DNA of 64,000 bases from Amoebophrya sp. A120. Its lineage: Eukaryota > Protista > Dinoflagellata. The first letter of the stretch is position 1. Each line of letters opens with the position of its first letter. The position numbers were made by a program, and so were the translations under genes. Location: the NCBI GenBank assembly GCA_905178155.1, contig CAJINV010000013.1:1388392-1452391 (forward strand). The letters run 5' to 3'. Of the stretch, positions 58,831 to 64,000 are shown piece after piece. Below the pieces are notes generated by a model. That model had not been told where the DNA came from. It saw only the letters and a list, made by a program, of their open reading frames with translations, and did not search any database.

Positions 58831-61055
58831 CTAGATTCCCAGAGGTTTTGCCTCAGCCACCTCGGCCTCGATGTCCTCACCGGCCTCCAAGGCCTGCTCC
58901 CACTTGATGACCTGTGCGACGCCCTCAATGAACAGGTTGCAGAGCTGCACCTCGGACATCCCCAGCCTATCGGCGTTGCTGATATCCCAGGTACCCCCGG
59001 TGGATGCGGAGTCTACGCCGGCGGTGCCGCGGGCCTGGAGCTTCATCTTCTTCAGGATGTCCTTGAAGTCCGGGCGGGCGGAGAAGAGCGGGAGCTTCAC
59101 CATGGTGCCCGCGCGGAGTCCGGTGCCGAGGTTGGACGGGCAGGTGAGGATGTATCCCAGATGGTCACTGTGCATGAAGTCGTACCCTTCGGACTTCAGG
59201 CACTCCTGCACCGCCTTGGTCGCGTTGGCAAACCGCGTGAAGATGGCGTGGATGTTGTCACCTGGTAGTAGTAGTTGTTATACACAGTCATCGAAAAGTA
59301 GATATCATACGATAATACTTTCGTCTCGTTTTCTTTCTCGAGCTGGAATCGATTCAATATCAAAAAGAAAAGAGCTGCATACCTTTCTCCATGGACACAA
59401 TGCGCAGCTGATCCTCCTCGTTGACCCAGACGAAGAAGTTCTCCGCGTCGTTGTGGAAGATGCCCCGGGCGTCCGGCCAGTGGCGGCCGCAGCCGGAGGA
59501 GAGCAGCAGGGTGGAATCCGGCTCCTGGAACAGGTTGCCCGCGTTACGCAGGTGCTCTTCCTTCTCCGCGGACATACCAAAGATCCCCTGGTCGTCCATC
59601 GACTTGGACCCGTTCAGCGGGAAGTACTGACCCTTCAGCTCTCCCTCCATCTTCATCAGGCCCTTGACGCAGACGCGCTCGGTCTCGCGACGCTCCTCAA
59701 AGGTGCACGCGGGTGGGAGGGGGAGACCGCGGACGGAACGACCGGTGCGGCACCGGGTGGTCAGGCCTGAGGGTTCGTTTGCGCGCTTTGATTTATGGGT
59801 AGAAAGTTTCAGTTAGTTAAGTTTGTCGAGCAGTGTATGCAAACGAACCAAAGATGAATAACTGCTGGCAAAGGTGTAACGAAATGATGATGAGTGTGAT
59901 CATACATAGTCATACACATCAACAATCTAAAAGTAGTTCTCTCATACAGTAGTTTCCCGTCGGGTCGATCTTCGTCGTGGAGAGTTCGTCGATGTTCATG
60001 TTTGTCGTGTGCACTGCGTCGGCCGGGTAGTCGCCGTTCCTCTTGCCAATGACGATGTCGAACAGGTCCTTGAACGTGGTGAAGCAGTCCTCATCTCCTG
60101 CCACCAGCCCGCAGGTGAGAATGTGCGGGTGTCCCGGGTTGTCGATGCCGGTCTTGATGCACTTGGCGAGCGACACCCCGCCCGGGGTGGTCACGTTCTT
60201 GTACTTTTCGTAGATTTCCGGGTGGTCGCGCAGCGCCAGCGCGCACAGGTTGCCGTGGTTGGACAGGTCGGGCAGCTGGTCCGGGCACTTGTCCCCCGGG
60301 AAGGTCGCGCCCTTCTCCTCGCAGTAGTACTCCTTGTCGCCGCACCCCAGCTTGATCCAGTCCGGGAGAGTCTGCACGTTCAGGGCCAGGCCGTACGGCG
60401 GATAATTCGGGTCCTTGACCAATCCCTCGTCACTCAAGTGCTTCGAGAAGTGCTGGAGCAGCTTCTTGTCCAGGCCCGCCTTGAACTGCTCCTTCGTAAT
60501 CTTTCCCGACTCGTCCACGTTCATCTTACTGAAGATCTGCTCCGTCTCGTCCGCCGTCATGCCCATGTCCCCGAAGATCTTCTTCATCTCCTCCATGTCC
60601 AAGTCTCCCGAATGGTCCTGGTCGATCTGCGCAAACACCTTCTCGGCGTTCACCAAAGGGCGGAACCCCTCGATGCGGTTCTTGTTGTTCAGCTTCGCCT
60701 CGATCGCGTGTTGCAGCTCCGGAAACATGTTGCCCTTCCACTTCGCTTCCGACACCGAGGCGCCGCCCTCCGGGTCGAGTTTGTCCATGAACTCCTGCGC
60801 CTTCTCCTTGTTCAGCCCGAGCGCGGCCAGCGCGCGACGGAGCTCCTTCTTGTCAATCTCGTTGCTGTTGTTCGTGTCCAGCTGCTTGAAGACCGACGCG
60901 AGGAACACCGCGGGGTCCCGACCGGACGCGGTCATCTTCGCAGCTGCCGCGGGGGCTGCAGCTGCTTTTGGGGCGGGGGCGGACGCGGCGGCGGCCGGGA
61001 CGGCGCCGGGACCGCTGGCGGTCGCGCCTTGGGCTGTACTGGCTCCGCAACCCAT
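58831..61055 (-). CDS. Phosphagen kinase (creatine-kinase-like) fused to N-terminal EF-hands, with myristoylation/palmitoylation motif
   Basis: MGCGAS start; EF-hand loops DTNNSNEIDKKE, DQDHSGDLDMEE and NVDESGKITKEQ; kinase motifs TGIDNPGHP, WVNEEDQLRI, CPSNLGTGLRA and DISNADRLG. Exons 61055-59948, 59766-59383 and 59261-58831 with GT-AG introns in phase. Confidence 0.92.
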
Positions 61056-62130
61056 TTGTTTATTTTCTTATGCTTTCAACTTTTGGACGACTGTCGAGTT
61101 GTTTATAGAATTGGGGAAAAATAAATCCCGGGTGTGAAGAACGAAGATTTTTTTGATTATTTTACGGGTGCTCCGGCTGGGGTTACCTGGACTGAAATGG
61201 TTTCTCTACTTTCTTGCATAATGTAATGCGGTGGAGTGGACGTCGTGAGAAAGTAAAGTCACAAGCGGTACGATGACGATACGAAAAACTGGTGCAACGT
61301 ACGGCGGAGAAAGACAGAACGGACCGATGATTCTATTCTTTTCAGATTAGACGTAGAGTCACTTTTCCGTGCAGCTATGCCTCCTGCGTGAAAGCAAGTA
61401 AAAAGCAACTGGCTGTGTAGGATTTCCACAAAAAACCGAGTCGGTCTTTAGCATGAAAAAAAGGTCAAAATTGTGTTTCAAACCGAATTCTGCGAGGTAG
61501 CACCAAAAAAAGTGAAACCGACTTGCGACTTCTCGGTACAAAGGTAGGAGTTGGGAAAAAAGACCGTGACCGGACGCCGAGTGCCTCACGCTTTCTGTCC
61601 GACAAATGGCAAAAATAAAAGACCGAGGAATATTACGGACGAGTTTCTGACGGACAACAAGTGCGGTTCTGTTGTTTGTTTAGAGTCTCACGGTTACTGG
61701 ACCGACAAGTCAGGGGAAAACTACAGGAGAAAGATATGCAGTAGCAGTGTTTCCTCGTCTGCTTCCTTTCCCTTAACGGGAGGTAAGTTGTAGTAACTAA
61801 TGGCGCACTTTATTAAGAAGCTGTGGTGTCAATTCCTTTTGCAGGAGGTGGCAAGCAGAGTGAATGAATGTAAGTACTTATCAAGTTTTGGCTTCGCGTT
61901 TTGCGTGTCATATCATCAAGATCAACAATCAGACCAACCATTTCATAGATATCATACATGCGTGCAGCTCCTGGCTTACTTTCGGTGTGTATTCAAGCTT
62001 CGTGTCAATGCATAATACACGTGAAAGAAAAACGGCGTCGCTCACTAGGTACAGTGGGTTAGCTCTTTCGAGCGAAAGCGAAACAAAAGTCGTAGTGTAC
62101 GGAAACAAAGAATACTAAGCGCCACTAAAA

Positions 62131-64000
62131 TCAGAAGAAAGAGCGGAGAAGTCCTCCTGGTGATCTCCTTTTGATTTGATAAGATGCATTACTTGCGGGT
62201 TCCACCTCAATATCACTGTCGACAGCAGAAGGAGTAATCTTGTTTTCAAGGTCCTCGCTCTGCACCATTCCGTCTTTCCCACGCGCCATCTCTATTGCCC
62301 CTGCCTCCGCATCGTGAACTCTTTCGTCCTTGTGGTTCCACAAGCAAAAGAAGACAAGAAGCAAAACGCCAATCCCGATAATGCTACCCATTATCGCCCC
62401 GACGACCAGCGAAGCAGGGGACTCCGTGGTCTCCTTTGCCTCCTGCACTCCACCTGCTGCGCTCGCCACGACCGTGGTGGTTGATGTACTTGTTGGCACG
62501 GTCAAACTGAAGACTGTCGTCGTGAAGTTGTGTGAGGCCAATGACGTCCCCGCAACGGCCGTGGTGATACTGGACGTCACGGCTGCGGCGATAGAGGCGG
62601 TGGATAAGGTCGCTGAAGATATTATCCCGCTAGTTGTACCAGAGGTCGACGGCGCAGCTGCTGCTGCAAGAACCGGGCGTGATTTTGCCAGCGTCGGTAG
62701 AGGAAATTTCAAACTGCGCGCTCACCGGGACGACGGCTGCCAGATTTCTACGATTGTTCCGCTGCCGAAGGGGTCTCGTAGCCAAGAGCCCCGACCAGGA
62801 CATTGTCATCGACGTACTTACCCCGTTTTCGCCGGCGGTTGATTTGCAATTAGCCAGACTCGAAAACGGCTTCAATGTGCCCATGACGGGTCTATGGATT
62901 GTAAAAATGTCTGGGTATGGAAGAGTTCATGTTTGTCATGCTTGTCTGGCATGACTCTTAAATCTGTCACGCACGTTACCCAAGAGCTCCGTTTTTCTGT
63001 GATGCAGAAGCGCAGTTTGTCATGCAGAATAGGCAACACCTAGGAACTCAGATAGTTGTCATGCTGGGCCAGCATCTGTAGCCTCATCATGCGACGCCAC
63101 CCAGCATCACAAGTTTCCAGACCCAGACATTTTTACAGTTGATAGGGTCCGCAGAAGGATTCGTGGAGGGCAGTGGAAATGGCGGTCTTCACCATCGTCT
63201 TCTCCCCGGGCGTCATACTCGGGGGAAGCTCAATCGACAGGGCAACTTCCGTCGTGTGCTTCGTCACTGTTTGTGGTTCTCGGTCTGATTCTTGTTGATC
63301 TGCGGTAGTGTCTTTACCGGTTGTAGTAGTGGTGGAGGTGGCAGTGGCTGTCGCTGTGCTGGTGTCATCACCCGTGGAATAATCCGATGAAGTCCTTTCC
63401 GATATTACCGGCTCCGCCGGAGTTGTGGTGGTCGGGGTCGTAGTGACGGAGAAAGAAGAACTACCTGGCGAAGGCGACGGTGTCAGCGTCAGATTTGCAC
63501 TTCTCGGACTCAGGCTTGTTGCATTGGGGGCCCGTGTTGGCTCTGTTGGCGAAGGCATGGGAGTTCTTGCTGCACCAGCAAGCACTACACTTTTCTTCAC
63601 CACCGTCGCACGCAAACCTTTCTCAGTAGTCGCGTAGAACTGCAGGAAAAAGCCCTCGGGGAGAAAGTTCGTCGCGAAGCCGAGCAGAAAGGTCGCCCAG
63701 TCTACGCTCGTGGGCCGCGTGTCTTTCCAGGTGTTCAGTTCCGGATGGGGCGAACACCAGCCGGGCGAGTACGCCGGCAGCCCGCCGAGCGTTTCCCCGC
63801 CGTAGTAACAGGTCTTGGTCTGCCATAAATCCAGCAGTTGGGTGTTGATGCCGTCGCGGTAGGTCGTCGTGTTGTGGTTGGGGGTGCCGGGGTCGTTATT
63901 GGTTTTGTCGAACTCGTGCACTATGCGGTCGGCCGCCTCCGCGGCCGTCAGGTACCCGCCCATGATGGGCAGGCTGAACCACAAGTGTGGGTTTTTGTTG
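62131..64000 (-). CDS. Single-pass membrane protein with T/S/P-rich mucin-like stalks (5'-partial)
   Basis: ORF 63133-63984 joins ORF 62630-62884 in frame after removal of element 62893-63144 (ESFCGP-VMGTLK). A 1-nt slip near 62675-62677 leads into ORF 62131-62712, which has TM LVVGAIMGSIIGIGVLLLVFFCLW. Confidence 0.65.
62893..63144. mobile_element. Introner-like TIR element, family A copy 5 (252 bp)
   Basis: TATGGATTGTAAAAATGTCTGGGTATGGAA ... TTCCAGACCCAGACATTTTTACAGTTGATA. TSD GGGTC at 62888-62892 and 63145-63149. Confidence 0.95.

Noticed and set aside
330-63144. Reading family A as Tc1/mariner MITEs with a TA target duplication
   Set aside because: The terminal TA is part of the inverted repeat. 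An independent, site-specific 5-bp duplication lies outside it, and only element plus 5 bp restores frames.

Overview
This is eukaryotic, intron-containing, gene-dense DNA. Its organisation is what I would expect of a parasitic dinoflagellate or syndinian such as Amoebophrya; that is an inference, as no database search was run. All supported genes from 1 to 42,062 are on the + strand and all from 45,813 to 64,000 are on the - strand. The two blocks converge on an AT-rich island. Recognisable products are a giant (~4,300 aa, 5'-partial) C2-domain-like protein, a CmcI-family methyltransferase, a Cys-loop ligand-gated ion channel, SDE2, an ABCB half-transporter and an EF-hand/creatine-kinase-like fusion. 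The main signal is a set of invasive elements sitting inside exons. Six related ~250-300 bp elements have ~30 bp terminal inverted repeats, TAT...ATA ends and 5-bp target-site duplications (TSDs). In every case, removing the element plus one TSD copy restores the host reading frame, mostly without GT-AG ends and in either orientation. Two further TAT...ATA/5-bp-TSD elements (209 bp and a 42-bp pure hairpin) share this architecture. A separate 1.7 kb TIR element flanked by a 31-bp exon duplication also behaves as an in-frame intron. There are also two families of retroposon-like inserts with trinucleotide tails, one nested inside an introner. All of this was read by eye, and splicing is inferred from frame restoration only.
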